A stretch of 64,000 nt of DNA, taken from IMG/VR virus record IMGVR_UViG_3300027985_001729, positions 1 through 64,000 of that record; one strand, 5' to 3'. The translations under genes and the position numbers were made by a program. The notes below the pieces were generated by a model. That model worked only from the letters and a program-made list of their open reading frames with translations, searched no databases and was not told the origin of the DNA. Within the stretch, counting starts at the first letter, position 1, and each line of letters begins with the position of its first letter. Source of the DNA: a virus. Positions 37,492-48,039 of this stretch are shown here, piece after piece.

Positions 37492-38439
37492 CTACGCCGC
37501 CTTGCGCTCTGGTTTTCTCGCGCTGGCGATGGTGCCGCGCGGAATCGCGAAAGGGTTCTCGAAGGCGTTGAGCTTCATCAGTTCGACGGCCCTGCTGTTG
37601 TCGCCGTAGAGGAGCCTCGAAAGATCCGACACCGACATGGTCGCCGGCACCTCAACCTGCACAATCGAAGATGTTAGCTGCTCTACGTCCTTGACCAGGC
37701 TCGTTGCGCTCGACCATATCCGCTGCATCGACTGCACGAGCCTCCACCGAGCCGGGTCGTTGAGCAGCGCGATGGTGTCATCGGCCTGCCTGCAAAGGCT
37801 CGAAAGACCATCCGCTTTCGAGAGCAGAAGGTCTTGCCCGATGTCAGCCTGCGTGATCAGCGACTCGACATCGGATGCAGCGCTTGAAATGCTCTGGAGT
37901 AGGCCGGCACCCTCAGGGGTGATCCCGCTCGGGAGACCTGCGGCGGCGATCGCCGCTGGGGTGAGCCCCTCCTCCTCGAGCTCGCTGTCGAAAGCGTCGA
38001 CGTTGGTCTGGATCGCCACCGGGGTGATCTTGATCAAGTCCTTCACGAGAAAGAGGTCGCTCTGGTCTTCCCGAAAGAGGAGCTCAGCGCTCTCCCCGTT
38101 TCTTGTCTTCGAGTCGGCGGTCCACGTGTGGCTCACGCAGTAGGCGGTGACCGTGCCGAGCGTGGGGACAACGAGGTCAAAGCTCTTTCCCCCATCGAAG
38201 ATGATCCGAAGCGAAGCCGGGGTCTCTGGCCACAGCTTCGGGTACGCGGCGAACCGCGTGTAGAACAGCCCCTTCATGCGAAACTCGTATAGCTTGCGCC
38301 CGAGCTTCTCCGGAGCTCCGCCTGGGCTGTGCGGGTACTCGTGAACATGCTCGCGAAGGCCACCCGTGATCGTGCACTCGGAGACTGGGAACTCGAAACC
38401 GGCGAAGCTCGCACGCTGAAGGCTGTCGAAGGTGGCCAT
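37492..38439 (-). CDS. Mu gpN-like DNA circularisation/tail protein
   Basis: LQRASFAG.EF..HEYPH..EKLGRK; C-terminal LYGD..RA.EL..LN. Confidence 0.88.
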   Translation of the reverse strand: MATFDSLQRASFAGFEFPVSECTITGGLREHVHEYPHSPGGAPEKLGRKLYEFRMKGLFYTRFAAYPKLWPETPASLRIIFDGGKSFDLVVPTLGTVTAYCVSHTWTADSKTRNGESAELLFREDQSDLFLVKDLIKITPVAIQTNVDAFDSELEEEGLTPAAIAAAGLPSGITPEGAGLLQSISSAASDVESLITQADIGQDLLLSKADGLSSLCRQADDTIALLNDPARWRLVQSMQRIWSSATSLVKDVEQLTSSIVQVEVPATMSVSDLSRLLYGDNSRAVELMKLNAFENPFAIPRGTIASARKPERKAA

Positions 38440-38442
38440 TGG

Positions 38443-40656
38443 TCATGTACCGAGCGGTGATGGAATCCCGGTCGTCGTTCCAGGCGGAGGCTGACCGAGC
38501 GGGGTGGCTGGGAGGTTCGTGACTCGCACCTCCTGCGGACCGCCAGGCTTTTGCTTCAGCCCCTGGGCTACACCCTCGGCGACGGACTTCGACAATACGC
38601 CGAGGAGCGCGTCGATACCCTTCTGCTCATTGTACAGCGTGCCAGCCTGTTGTCGGTATAGCATCTGCTCTCCACGCTCCTCGGCCGTCTTCTTCGAGAA
38701 TGGATTCAGAACATCGAAGCGTGTGATCTCAGGCTCCTGTGATATGGCGATTCGCGAGGCTATCTTTTCTCGCTCGGCCTTGAGCGCCGTCAGCGTTTCC
38801 GCATCGACGCTACCCTTCTCCTTGAACTGCTTTTCGGCTCGAGAGAGAACCGACTCGGAAGTGGTCAGGTTCTCGCTGGCCTGCTCTCGGCCTGCCGCGG
38901 TCCTCTCATTTAGATGCGCGGCGATGATAGTCCCCGCGGTGATCCCGATGGTAGCTGCTCCGATGGCGAGCCCCATCTTCCCACCACCACCCGAGACTCC
39001 GCTGAGCGCCTTCTCAAAGATCGACTTGAGCCCAATAGCTGCTACCTCCTTCGCGATGGAGGCCCCAAACACGATGATCGCGCTCTTGATCGGGTTTTGT
39101 GCCACGAAGTTCGCCAGGTCGCCGAGACCTTGGGCCACCTTGACAAGGTGTGGTGCGAGCTGAATGAGGGCAGGAACTAGCTTCGACGCTGCTTCAGCGG
39201 CGACTCGCTCGAGTTGGTTGTTGAGCTGCTGGACCTTGGCGTCCGACGTCTCCATCGTTCGACGGAACGATTCCTGGATCTCTGCCTGCTGAACGGTCGA
39301 ATCTCGGAGCCTACTAAACTCAGCCTTGATAGCTGCTACCCCAGCAACGTCTCCGGCTTTACCACCGCCAGCCTTTGAGAAGGCTGCGTTGTATATCTGG
39401 ACGAACCCTCCGATTCCCTGTTGGCTCTTTACGTCTCTGAAGATCTTCCCAAGAGCACGCGGGTCACCTTGCGTCTTCGATACGATCTGAGTGATCAGTT
39501 CTTCTGGCGATCGAAGGTTCTTCCCTGTCGCATCGTACGGGTTGATCTTCGTTCCAGCTTGAAGGTTCTTCAGGAACGACTCTTTCGCGAACGACTGAAT
39601 CAGCGCCTGTGCGGCTCGAGTAGCCTCAGCAGGCTTCCCTGCTCCGCCCTTCGCTCTGGCTACCTGTGTGACGATGCCGAGCTCGACCATTGCCTGCTCA
39701 GAGGTCATCCCGAACTTCCCCGACACAGCGCCGATTTTCGCGATTTGCGTGGCCATGTGCCTGATTTCGACAGCGCCCATCTTGCCCTGTCCGGCCATGG
39801 CCTGAAGCACCTTCATTGTCGCCGTGGCTTTGTCTGTCCCCTCGGGGAACTTTGAAGCGATTTCGCCAGCCGCGCTCACCATGTCGTCGAGGTTGGTGCC
39901 AGTCGCTTGGGACAGGACCGCGAGGTCCTTCATCATCCTGCGTCCGGTCTCCAACTCACCTGTCTTGGACACGAACTCGGCGAGGCCTTCCATGGCCGCC
40001 TTCGTATCGACACCAGCTAGGTCTGCAACACTTCTGATCTCTGAGATCAGCGCCTTCGGGTCTTGACGTACGCCGGCCGGGCCCGCTTCACCAGGGTGAT
40101 ACGATGCCGCGGATAGGTTGACGGCCATCTTCTCGAGCTCGACCGACCTCCTGATGTACGCGGCCGGGTCGAGCTCGACGCCAGCACCGCGGGCGATCTG
40201 CCCAGCCATGCCGATGGCTCCACGAGCAGCCCCCAGCGTCGTCGAAGCGGCACCAGAGACCACGCGGCGAGAGGCCGAGATGCGTACGTTGCGGGCGCGC
40301 TCCTCGTCCCTCGTTTGCTGCTCGAGTGCCCGTTTGCGGTCCCGCACCTCTTCGTCGAGTTGTTTCTTTTTTTCCAGCGCCATGTCGGCGACGGTCTTCT
40401 TGATGTCGCGTGCTGCGCTCTTCTCGGACGAGGCGAACTTCTTCGCGAGCGAGTCGTACGCAGACCCAATCTCTACGAAGGACTTCTTGGCCTGCGCTGG
40501 CGCATCTCTATACCCGCCAGTGAACTCCCGAGCGGACTGCTTCCCCTCCTGGGAGATCTTCGCGCGCGCACGCTCAGCCGCCTGGACGATCGGCACGAAC
40601 ACGTTCCGCGCCTCAGGGTCGAGGGCGGCTCCGACGCGAACACGGATCTGCGCCAT
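38443..40656 (-). CDS. Tape measure protein
   Basis: 737 aa, Ala/Gly-rich and helical; canonical position. Confidence 0.8.
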   Translation of the reverse strand: MAQIRVRVGAALDPEARNVFVPIVQAAERARAKISQEGKQSAREFTGGYRDAPAQAKKSFVEIGSAYDSLAKKFASSEKSAARDIKKTVADMALEKKKQLDEEVRDRKRALEQQTRDEERARNVRISASRRVVSGAASTTLGAARGAIGMAGQIARGAGVELDPAAYIRRSVELEKMAVNLSAASYHPGEAGPAGVRQDPKALISEIRSVADLAGVDTKAAMEGLAEFVSKTGELETGRRMMKDLAVLSQATGTNLDDMVSAAGEIASKFPEGTDKATATMKVLQAMAGQGKMGAVEIRHMATQIAKIGAVSGKFGMTSEQAMVELGIVTQVARAKGGAGKPAEATRAAQALIQSFAKESFLKNLQAGTKINPYDATGKNLRSPEELITQIVSKTQGDPRALGKIFRDVKSQQGIGGFVQIYNAAFSKAGGGKAGDVAGVAAIKAEFSRLRDSTVQQAEIQESFRRTMETSDAKVQQLNNQLERVAAEAASKLVPALIQLAPHLVKVAQGLGDLANFVAQNPIKSAIIVFGASIAKEVAAIGLKSIFEKALSGVSGGGGKMGLAIGAATIGITAGTIIAAHLNERTAAGREQASENLTTSESVLSRAEKQFKEKGSVDAETLTALKAEREKIASRIAISQEPEITRFDVLNPFSKKTAEERGEQMLYRQQAGTLYNEQKGIDALLGVLSKSVAEGVAQGLKQKPGGPQEVRVTNLPATPLGQPPPGTTTGIPSPLGT

Positions 40657-40662
40657 GGCCGA

Positions 40663-41394
40663 TCAGCTATCGCCCTCGATCTCCACATGGTCGGACGCCA
40701 GCTCATCGATCACAGCCCGGAGCAACCTGCGGACCCTGTGACCAGCGCGGCCACTAATCCCTCGCCATGCATCTCCAGAGAGAAGCCCCTCGGCGAGTTC
40801 GTGAACCTCCTCGTCGGTTGCCTCTGGGGCGGTCGGGCTGTTCGCGCCCATGAAGATGTCGAGCTCGGTGAACAGCCATTCGATGCTCTCGCTCTTGAGC
40901 CCTTCTGCGATCACGGCCTCAGCGCCTGTCCAGCGATGCTTCTTCGCGTCATCCGGATCGCACAGACCTGCCGCGAGCACGTTGACCATCAGGACGCCGT
41001 TGTAGCACTCGATACGCGCGTCCTCGTCTGACGGGTTGTCGTGCAGCGCCCAAGCCTTGCGCGCAGCCTCGGCGCGAGCAAGAGAAAGGTCCTCCTCGCT
41101 GGGCGACCGAAAGCCAACGACGATCGGCTCCGTTGGGGCGTTGGCCCAACCTTCAGCCCACGCCGACACAGGGATCGAGATCCTCTTGGACGGTGCGCTC
41201 GATATCTCTTCAGACCTTGCGGCGAACGGGCTTCCATTCGCCACTGGCTGGGTGCTAGCTGGCGCAGCAACGGGCGCAGAAGGTGACCCAACAACGCTGC
41301 CACGAAGCGTACCGAAGCTCTCCTGGAACTCGGATACCGACATCACGCGGCGACCTGGCGTGACCCCGGGGGGCAGGTTGGCGGCTTGGCTCAT
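40663..41394 (-). CDS. Tail assembly chaperone-like protein 2
   Basis: Position; resembles 41391-41993 (LAAGLCDPDD). Confidence 0.55.
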   Translation of the reverse strand: MSQAANLPPGVTPGRRVMSVSEFQESFGTLRGSVVGSPSAPVAAPASTQPVANGSPFAARSEEISSAPSKRISIPVSAWAEGWANAPTEPIVVGFRSPSEEDLSLARAEAARKAWALHDNPSDEDARIECYNGVLMVNVLAAGLCDPDDAKKHRWTGAEAVIAEGLKSESIEWLFTELDIFMGANSPTAPEATDEEVHELAEGLLSGDAWRGISGRAGHRVRRLLRAVIDELASDHVEIEGDS

Positions 41395-41993
41395 GTCTTG
41401 GTGTCGCCTTTATTGTTCGCGAGCAGCTCGTTCATCAAAGCCTCTCCGATTGGCGCAGTACCATCGTATTTGGCCACCAGTGAGCTCAACAACAGGGAGA
41501 CCAAAGTACGCATAAAGGTCCACCGCAAAACGGGCTGCATATTCGCGAAAGGGTCAGCGCCCACCCCAGGCGTCGACTCAGCGATTTCGAGGATTTTCGC
41601 CAACTGCTCGCCAACGTCGAGCGACAGCTTACGCGGGGAGCATTCGTCCTGGAAGAGCTGTTGTTGCTCGTGCAGGAGGGCGATGCGGTCGGTGTCGAGG
41701 TTGACGAGCACCTCGTGCGCGCTCGCAAAGAACGGGCGCTTGTGGTCTGGGTCGTCGGGGTCGAGGCACGAGATGGCGAGCACATGGGCCATGACGCCGA
41801 TCTCGAAAAGGCGGTCGGTAGGCTTGGGGTCGGTCACCCCCTTCTCCACGGCGTAGGCTCTACCACCAGCGATGGCCTCGGCCTCCTCGAACCCATTCAT
41901 GGGTCGAACGAGGACGGGTATCTCCTCGTCTCCGTACGGGAGGACCACGCGCTTCGTGGCCCTCTTGCCCTTGATCAGAGAGGCGAACTGCAT
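41391..41993 (-). CDS. Tail assembly chaperone-like protein 1
   Basis: Follows the tube gene; LAISCLDPDD..PFF. Confidence 0.6.
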   Translation of the reverse strand: MQFASLIKGKRATKRVVLPYGDEEIPVLVRPMNGFEEAEAIAGGRAYAVEKGVTDPKPTDRLFEIGVMAHVLAISCLDPDDPDHKRPFFASAHEVLVNLDTDRIALLHEQQQLFQDECSPRKLSLDVGEQLAKILEIAESTPGVGADPFANMQPVLRWTFMRTLVSLLLSSLVAKYDGTAPIGEALMNELLANNKGDTKT

Positions 41994-41999
41994 ACCTGG

Positions 42000-42380
42000 T
42001 CAGCTCACGTCGGCCAGGCGTGGTGCCCCGCCAACGAACTTGAACTTGCCCTTGCACTCGCCCGTCTTGGAGTCGGACGTGTACCCGCGCTCGATGATCC
42101 GACCGTCGATTGTCTCGAGCCCCCCATCGACAGCGATCTGGATTTGAACATCGAGCTTGTCAACGAGCATGCGTTTGACATTGTCCGCATGTCCCTTGAC
42201 GGGGGTCACGGTGTCGATATCGAGCTCCGTTTCGTCGATGCCTTCGCTCTGGCCGAGAACACCCTCGAGCCCGAACTGGTTCGCGTCGTTGCCCCTATGG
42301 GTGTAGGTGCTGTTGCTTACTTCAGCGATTTTCTTGCCATTGAGCAAGATCCTCGCCGCGCGGAAGCGTGACTGTGCCAT
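42000..42380 (-). CDS. Tail tube protein
   Basis: 126 aa directly after the sheath gene. Confidence 0.7.
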   Translation of the reverse strand: MAQSRFRAARILLNGKKIAEVSNSTYTHRGNDANQFGLEGVLGQSEGIDETELDIDTVTPVKGHADNVKRMLVDKLDVQIQIAVDGGLETIDGRIIERGYTSDSKTGECKGKFKFVGGAPRLADVS

Positions 42381-42398
42381 GGGATCCTCCGTCGGCGA

Positions 42399-43913
42399 TC
42401 AGCCGACCTGCCGGACGCTCACGCCGGTCTGGTGATTGAGTGGGGTTGCGATGGCGGGGACCAAAGACATGATCCGCTTTGCGACGGGGTCGTACTCGGA
42501 CACGGGCGGGTTCAGTTCGACGTCGCTGAGGATGTTCTGCGACTCGAGGTCCTTGAGGATGGACGTGACCGTCTGGTTCCACCGAGTTGGCGTTGCAACC
42601 CCGGGCGGACGTTCGCGCTGCTCCGGCGCAGGGTCATCGGCCACGTAGGGGTTGGCCACCTTGTACACGGTGACCCAGTAGAGCTCGAGCACATCGCGCA
42701 CATAGTCAGGGACGACAGCCTGTGCCGTGTCGAGCGTGCGGTAGTCTGGGAGCGCACCGTTCAGGCAGTGCGTGACGATCGACCGGACGATGTATGCTTC
42801 CCCCGACGGTGAAGTGGCGATGGGGGTAACGCCGTTGTCGAGCGCGCTGATGAGGGTCGCGGTTGTCGGCCAGTCCCCCGATTGACTCTGCGCCACAATG
42901 CCTGGCAGCACGTACCCGTCATACCCTTGGTTCGGGTTGGACTGCTCAGCAGCGGTCCTTGCGGCGGCAAAAACTGCCGCGATCTCTGAAGGGTGGTTCT
43001 CGGAATTGAGATACCAGAGGAGTTGAACGCGCTCAGCGTTGAGCGTCACCGTCGACAGGGTAATCGAAGCAGACAGCGAGTCGCTGACGGCACAGATGGC
43101 GTGCTCCGTCTTGCCCTCGAGCACTCCGGCCTTGGTGTTGAGCTGAGCCTCCCACAGCGCCGCGTTGGCGGCATCGTTCTGGGCGAAGGCGATGCGGTTG
43201 TACCGCTGAGCGGATAGCACAGCGAGCAGCGCCGAGACGTCCTCCGTGCCGGTGCCGCCGGTGAAGTGGACTCCGCCTCCCGTGATGGCCGTGCCACCAG
43301 CGATCGCGCTCGTGACGCCGCCGGCTGGGGTGTCGCTCTCCTGGAAGAGCACGCCTTGGTTGCCGCGAGCTCCAGCGCTCTTGCGCGTCGCAGTAACGAT
43401 ATAGGTGGGCCCAGCGCCGACGGCGGCCGTGACCGGGGAGTGTGGGTCGGCGTTGATGGATGCAGCGATCGCCGTGGCGATGCTCGAGAGCGTATCCGTC
43501 GTGCGGATGACGCCTGTGTAGCGCCTACCATCGATGCGATAGGCGAACTCGCCGGAGCTCGTCGGGTTGGACCCAAACAGCGTGATCGTGATGGTGACGG
43601 TGGCTGCTACCGCGCCTACGGCCTCCGCGCTCGGAGCGGCAAGGAGCTTGACCCCGGGGATCCTCAGCGCTGCCTGGCACATGAGGTTGATCTCGGACCC
43701 GGCCCCGTGCAGCGTGTCGCTGTCGTCGAGGCTCAGGATCTGGTCGATGCTCGCGTTTGGCGTGGCGGTCCCTGTGCTCTCGAGCATTGTGCCGCTCACG
43801 AGACACACGAGGGGGATGGACCCGATCGTGATGGGGCCAGCACCGTATACTGTTTCCCCGAAGAACGCGGGGAGCTTGTTGGTGGACGTGAAGCCGACGA
43901 TGTTGATGCTCAT
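42399..43913 (-). CDS. Tail sheath protein (Mu gpL-like)
   Basis: HGAGSEI..M, ALDNGVTP, IVRSIVT, YRTLD. Confidence 0.9.
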   Translation of the reverse strand: MSINIVGFTSTNKLPAFFGETVYGAGPITIGSIPLVCLVSGTMLESTGTATPNASIDQILSLDDSDTLHGAGSEINLMCQAALRIPGVKLLAAPSAEAVGAVAATVTITITLFGSNPTSSGEFAYRIDGRRYTGVIRTTDTLSSIATAIAASINADPHSPVTAAVGAGPTYIVTATRKSAGARGNQGVLFQESDTPAGGVTSAIAGGTAITGGGVHFTGGTGTEDVSALLAVLSAQRYNRIAFAQNDAANAALWEAQLNTKAGVLEGKTEHAICAVSDSLSASITLSTVTLNAERVQLLWYLNSENHPSEIAAVFAAARTAAEQSNPNQGYDGYVLPGIVAQSQSGDWPTTATLISALDNGVTPIATSPSGEAYIVRSIVTHCLNGALPDYRTLDTAQAVVPDYVRDVLELYWVTVYKVANPYVADDPAPEQRERPPGVATPTRWNQTVTSILKDLESQNILSDVELNPPVSEYDPVAKRIMSLVPAIATPLNHQTGVSVRQVG

Positions 43914-44374
43914 GCCTGCTCCGAGGACGAGAGGGGTGGATTGGTCGTGGCGGGCTGGCGAAGATCCGCCTGCCACAGAGAGAAGTCTGGGTCTCGACCA
44001 TGCTGGTCTTTGAAAGCCTTCATGGCTCGACTGCGATAGTCGTTGATCGCCTCGGGCCATGGCCGGAACGGGACGCCAACCGCTTGAGCGGTGGTCCTAT
44101 CTGCCGGGATGATGTCTCCGTGCAGAATCCCATGCCTGTAGTGGTTGGTGTCCTCCACGGCGCGCGGGGAGAGGTCGAACTTGAAGAACGTGCGTTGCCG
44201 AGGGGCATGCATGGCCTTGCTCGCTCTCGTGATCCTGGTCCTCGATGGGTCGATGATTGCGCCGACCCAAAGCCGATATCCGCGGCTCAGGTTGGGGTCA
44301 TCGGGGAATGCACTCGCGGGAACTCCCTCGTGGTCGAGAGTCTTGAAGGGGTTGCAGACTACGTTGAGCAGCAC
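43910..44374 (-). CDS. Hypothetical protein before sheath
   Basis: ATGA overlap with the sheath gene. Confidence 0.55.
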   Translation of the reverse strand: MLLNVVCNPFKTLDHEGVPASAFPDDPNLSRGYRLWVGAIIDPSRTRITRASKAMHAPRQRTFFKFDLSPRAVEDTNHYRHGILHGDIIPADRTTAQAVGVPFRPWPEAINDYRSRAMKAFKDQHGRDPDFSLWQADLRQPATTNPPLSSSEQA

Positions 44375-44425
44375 AGAGCTCTCCTCGGTGTCGAATCTGT
44401 TGTTGGAACGTGGAGTGGTCGATGT

Positions 44426-45526
44426 TCAGGCGATGAACGCGCCGAACACGCTACCGTCCTCGCGGGCGATCTCTTGGTAGATCGCGCTGGGCGAGAAGTT
44501 GTCGGCGGCATCTGGGTCGAAGGGCTTTTCGATGTCTGTGGTGAAGCGCTCGATCACCTCGAAGCTCATCTCGATGGCGTCGTACGTGCGAACGATCTTC
44601 CCCGCGCCGCTGAGCTCGATGCCGACCATCCTGTCGCGCCACGAAGTGAGCCGCATCTCCTGGATCCCTGCCACTCGTAGCGACACGGAACCCTTCCCGT
44701 TGACGGCGTAAAGACCGAAGCTCAAGGTCGCATCGATTCCGGCTTGCGCGTCGACGTCGATCTGCGTGACCTGCGTCAAGTGCCAGGTCCCGACGTAGGT
44801 CCCAGCTACGGCATCGAGCGTCACCACGGACGACCTCACGCCTCCGTCCTTCCCGAGCCCTGTGAAGACAACCTGGGTCCCTGGAATGATGCTCGACGGA
44901 TCGCCCCCAATGGTCACGGTCGGCTGCTGCCCTGGGGAAAAGGAGGTGCTCCCGATCGCACCGTCGAGCGCTGCTCCCGCGTACGTTTCGATCGACGTCG
45001 AAGAGGCGATGCTCGTTTTGATGGCGGTCGGATCCGCCGCGACGTCCGCTGCCTCAGAGTCCGTGTCCCCCGGGGCCACGTAGACAGGATCTCGGACCTG
45101 CTCGATGGCCCGGTCGACGACCTTGGCGATGGCGTTGGTGAAGTTGTCTCGAGCGCGCTGGGTCTGCTGGACGGCAGGGAGGAAGATCCAGAGCGCCGTC
45201 CACACGTCATGGAAGACCCTGTACTCCTCGGCCATGTAGGTCGTCACGTTCCCCTTCTGGCGCCAGATGTACAGTGCGGGGAGGTTCTTCTCGTTGAAGA
45301 CGTACTCCTCGGGGTTGTGGACGAAGACCGTTTTTACGACGGGGATCGGCGACTCTCCCTCGGAGACAAGGCGAGGGCAGATCGATTGCCACGCGGTCGA
45401 AGCGTACTTGTTGAGGAACGCGGCGATGTAGTTGGACATCACCTCGAGCGCTGGGTCCCCCGTCGCCTCTGGTGACGTCGCCGAAATGGCGACAGGGATC
45501 TCGAGACCACCGTATTCGTCGGCCAT
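44426..45526 (-). CDS. Tail terminator/neck-like protein with inserted beta domain
   Basis: Position; LPALYIWR; internal domain similar to 52725-53372. Confidence 0.55.
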   Translation of the reverse strand: MADEYGGLEIPVAISATSPEATGDPALEVMSNYIAAFLNKYASTAWQSICPRLVSEGESPIPVVKTVFVHNPEEYVFNEKNLPALYIWRQKGNVTTYMAEEYRVFHDVWTALWIFLPAVQQTQRARDNFTNAIAKVVDRAIEQVRDPVYVAPGDTDSEAADVAADPTAIKTSIASSTSIETYAGAALDGAIGSTSFSPGQQPTVTIGGDPSSIIPGTQVVFTGLGKDGGVRSSVVTLDAVAGTYVGTWHLTQVTQIDVDAQAGIDATLSFGLYAVNGKGSVSLRVAGIQEMRLTSWRDRMVGIELSGAGKIVRTYDAIEMSFEVIERFTTDIEKPFDPDAADNFSPSAIYQEIAREDGSVFGAFIA

Positions 45527-45527
45527 G

Positions 45528-45722
45528 TCAGAGCTTGAGGCTGTTGCCTCGGTCGATGTTCGTGATGGTTCTATCGGGGCGCTGCGTTCCGACAACCCCA
45601 GCGTTCATCCTGACCCACGACACCACCTGTTGGTCGGTGAGCTCTACGTACGGCTTTCCGTAGTGGGCAGCGATGGTGCTCGAGTGGGGGGCGGCAATTC
45701 TTCTGGCTTCTTCGGGGCTCAT
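45528..45722 (-). CDS. Small hypothetical protein
   Basis: Fills the gap, ATGA overlap. Confidence 0.45.
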   Translation of the reverse strand: MSPEEARRIAAPHSSTIAAHYGKPYVELTDQQVVSWVRMNAGVVGTQRPDRTITNIDRGNSLKL

Positions 45723-46258
45723 CGGCTCATGATCTCCGCTACACGCTCCTGCGACACCTCGACCTCTCGCAGGATTACGCGCTCTGCCTTCTGGGCCGCT
45801 GGACCAATGAAAGGGTGCGGGGCAGTCCCAGGATGGTGAACGACACGAGCGAACACCTGCTCCCCACCCATGTCGAAGCGAAGCGCCGTTCTCGTCGTGC
45901 CGATGTCGTCGGACGCACGTCGGCTTTGGCCACGTCGCACCGGACCTACGAATCCAGAGCTTGCCTTCGGACGAATCTCGTGTGGGGCCGTTCCCTTTTC
46001 GACCTCGCTCGCGTACGGCGCTGTAGCCTCGATGACACCCACGGCGCCGCCGCGCGTTGAGGTCTCGAGGCGACCCGAGATGCTCCGTGTAAGAGCCCCC
46101 GTTTTGTCTTTGTAGGCGTGGTTCGACCGAGCGTAGTCCGCGCCCTCCTTCACGCCGAGATCGACACCGCGTCTGATGCCATCGCTCAGCACGCCGAGCG
46201 ATTCGTCCCAGTCGCGTCTGAGGTCCTCGAGACCTTCGATCGTCACATCGAACGACAT
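45719..46258 (-). CDS. HK97 gp10-like neck/tail completion protein
   Basis: TGALTRSI, APYASEVEKGT, HPGT.PHPF. Confidence 0.8.
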   Translation of the reverse strand: MSFDVTIEGLEDLRRDWDESLGVLSDGIRRGVDLGVKEGADYARSNHAYKDKTGALTRSISGRLETSTRGGAVGVIEATAPYASEVEKGTAPHEIRPKASSGFVGPVRRGQSRRASDDIGTTRTALRFDMGGEQVFARVVHHPGTAPHPFIGPAAQKAERVILREVEVSQERVAEIMSR

Positions 46259-46259
46259 T

Positions 46260-46721
46260 TCAGAACCCGCTCCCGTTTTGGTTGCCGTTGGGGTCATCGA
46301 TCGTTGTGTATGGTCCGTTGTTGAAGATGAGCCCACCGGAGTTCTTCGGGGCCACGGCAGGGGATGGTTGATCGGGGAGGTTCCTGAGGCCAGCCCTGAT
46401 CATCATCATCCTGTCCTTCCCGCGCTTCCACCTTTCGGCACGCGTCTCCTCCCCGAAAGTCCTGACGTACTCCGGGTGTCTCTCGAAGCAGAAGGATATG
46501 GCGAAGTCTTTCGCCGCTCGTTTCAGGAGCCGGTCCGTGTCTTCCTTCGGCTCGACGTAGATCCCGACGAGGAACGAATCTACCTCTGCCTCTGCATCGT
46601 CGATGACGTCGGAGATCGCGAGCTCGTTGAGCACGCCCGAGTTGTCGTCGTCGAAGATCTCCTTGATGGTTTGGAGCGACAGGGCGCGGATGAGGATGTC
46701 CCTGTCGATGTACTTGCCCAT
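46260..46721 (-). CDS. Head-tail adaptor (Mu gp36/DUF1320-like)
   Basis: YIDR..I.DAEAEVDSFL. Confidence 0.8.
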   Translation of the reverse strand: MGKYIDRDILIRALSLQTIKEIFDDDNSGVLNELAISDVIDDAEAEVDSFLVGIYVEPKEDTDRLLKRAAKDFAISFCFERHPEYVRTFGEETRAERWKRGKDRMMMIRAGLRNLPDQPSPAVAPKNSGGLIFNNGPYTTIDDPNGNQNGSGF

Positions 46722-46788
46722 GGTGATCTTCGACCTTCGTCAGGATGATGGTCCGTGAGGGTGGAGCCCCGTGAGGGGCTCCACCTGC

Positions 46789-47952
46789 TCACTGGAAGGC
46801 GCCCTTGATTCGCCCAGTCACGAACGGCGACACGAACTGCTCCGCATCGTTGTGCGCGACGACGACCTGCATCGATCCGCGCGGGCCCTCGTAAGGGTTG
46901 TAGAACTGGCGGACAAGGAAGCCTCCCTGGACCGTCGGCTGCTGCGTCTGCCCCCACGAACTGGGCAGTGCCTGGTCATTGCCAGCGTTCCACCGGAAGG
47001 TCTTTGCCGACGTAACGGTCATGCGCCCGACCTGGTTGCCGTTCGGCGGTCGGTGGGTCAGCACCACGTCACCGGCCCAGATGTATGGGTACGTGTCGGT
47101 CGCCATGTCCCAGATCTTGGCTTCGCACACATGGATGGTGGGCAGATTGAGAAAGGCGGCGAACGCGGCCCTGAGGTCTGGCGTGGGAAGGCCAGGGACG
47201 GCCTGCTTGAAGCCGGTAAAGCGCTGGACGGCAGGGTTCTCCACCATGGCATTCCAGGTATCGAGGGACATGAACATGTCCGTCGCTGGAGCGAGCATCT
47301 TTTCGCGGACTCGGTTGATGTTCGCGACGGGGTCGCTGTTGGACCCACCATTCCACCTGAGCAGTGGATCCACGGTGAGATCGAGCAGCGTAGGCGTGTA
47401 TGTGTAATTCGCGTCCGTGTACAGCATCGTCTTGACGCGCTGCTCTCGATTCAGCAAGAGCTTGTTCAACACGAGCTCCATGTGGTCGAACATCAGATTG
47501 AGCGGAGAATCCTGGTTCGCGAGCACTTCGATGGGGATGTTCGCGCCGAGGGCGTACGGATACGTCTGATACCGAGAGTTCGTCAGGGTGACGCCGATCT
47601 TGTTGTACGAGGCTCCGGGCGCGACGATTGTCGCGTCGATGGGCGCGAATGCGTCCTTGGGCGAGAACTCGAAGTATCGATCGGACTCCTTGTCCACCGG
47701 AACAGGTGGCGCCGCGAGGTCCGCCTTGTACTCTGCGTTCGAGTATTTGACGGCGAAGTTCGCGAGGATCCGCTCGACATGAACGTCGGCAACACCAACG
47801 TCCATGCGCACGAGTTGCTCCTGCGCAGCGTGTCCACCCATCAAGGTGACGAGTTGCCCGTGGCCGTTGTCGGCGAGCATCACGTTCCTGGCGGGGTCGA
47901 AATAGCCGATCTTCTGTCCCGTTTCCGGGTTGGTGATGGGGATCATGTTCAT
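46789..47952 (-). CDS. Major capsid protein
   Basis: HVERILANFAVKYSN..ADL..PPVPVDKESDRY; W....SDP; size and position. Confidence 0.85.
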   Translation of the reverse strand: MNMIPITNPETGQKIGYFDPARNVMLADNGHGQLVTLMGGHAAQEQLVRMDVGVADVHVERILANFAVKYSNAEYKADLAAPPVPVDKESDRYFEFSPKDAFAPIDATIVAPGASYNKIGVTLTNSRYQTYPYALGANIPIEVLANQDSPLNLMFDHMELVLNKLLLNREQRVKTMLYTDANYTYTPTLLDLTVDPLLRWNGGSNSDPVANINRVREKMLAPATDMFMSLDTWNAMVENPAVQRFTGFKQAVPGLPTPDLRAAFAAFLNLPTIHVCEAKIWDMATDTYPYIWAGDVVLTHRPPNGNQVGRMTVTSAKTFRWNAGNDQALPSSWGQTQQPTVQGGFLVRQFYNPYEGPRGSMQVVVAHNDAEQFVSPFVTGRIKGAFQ

Positions 47953-48039
47953 GTTGTGGTCCTTGAGAGTGGATGTGGTTCGCTGAGCGATTACAGGGTT
48001 GGGCGTGGGTTGCGATGGTGCGTGTGAGGATCGAGGTGA

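Noticed and set aside
33207-43913. Stand-alone tailocin/eCIS
   Set aside because: Portal, protease, capsid and replication genes are linked to the tail module
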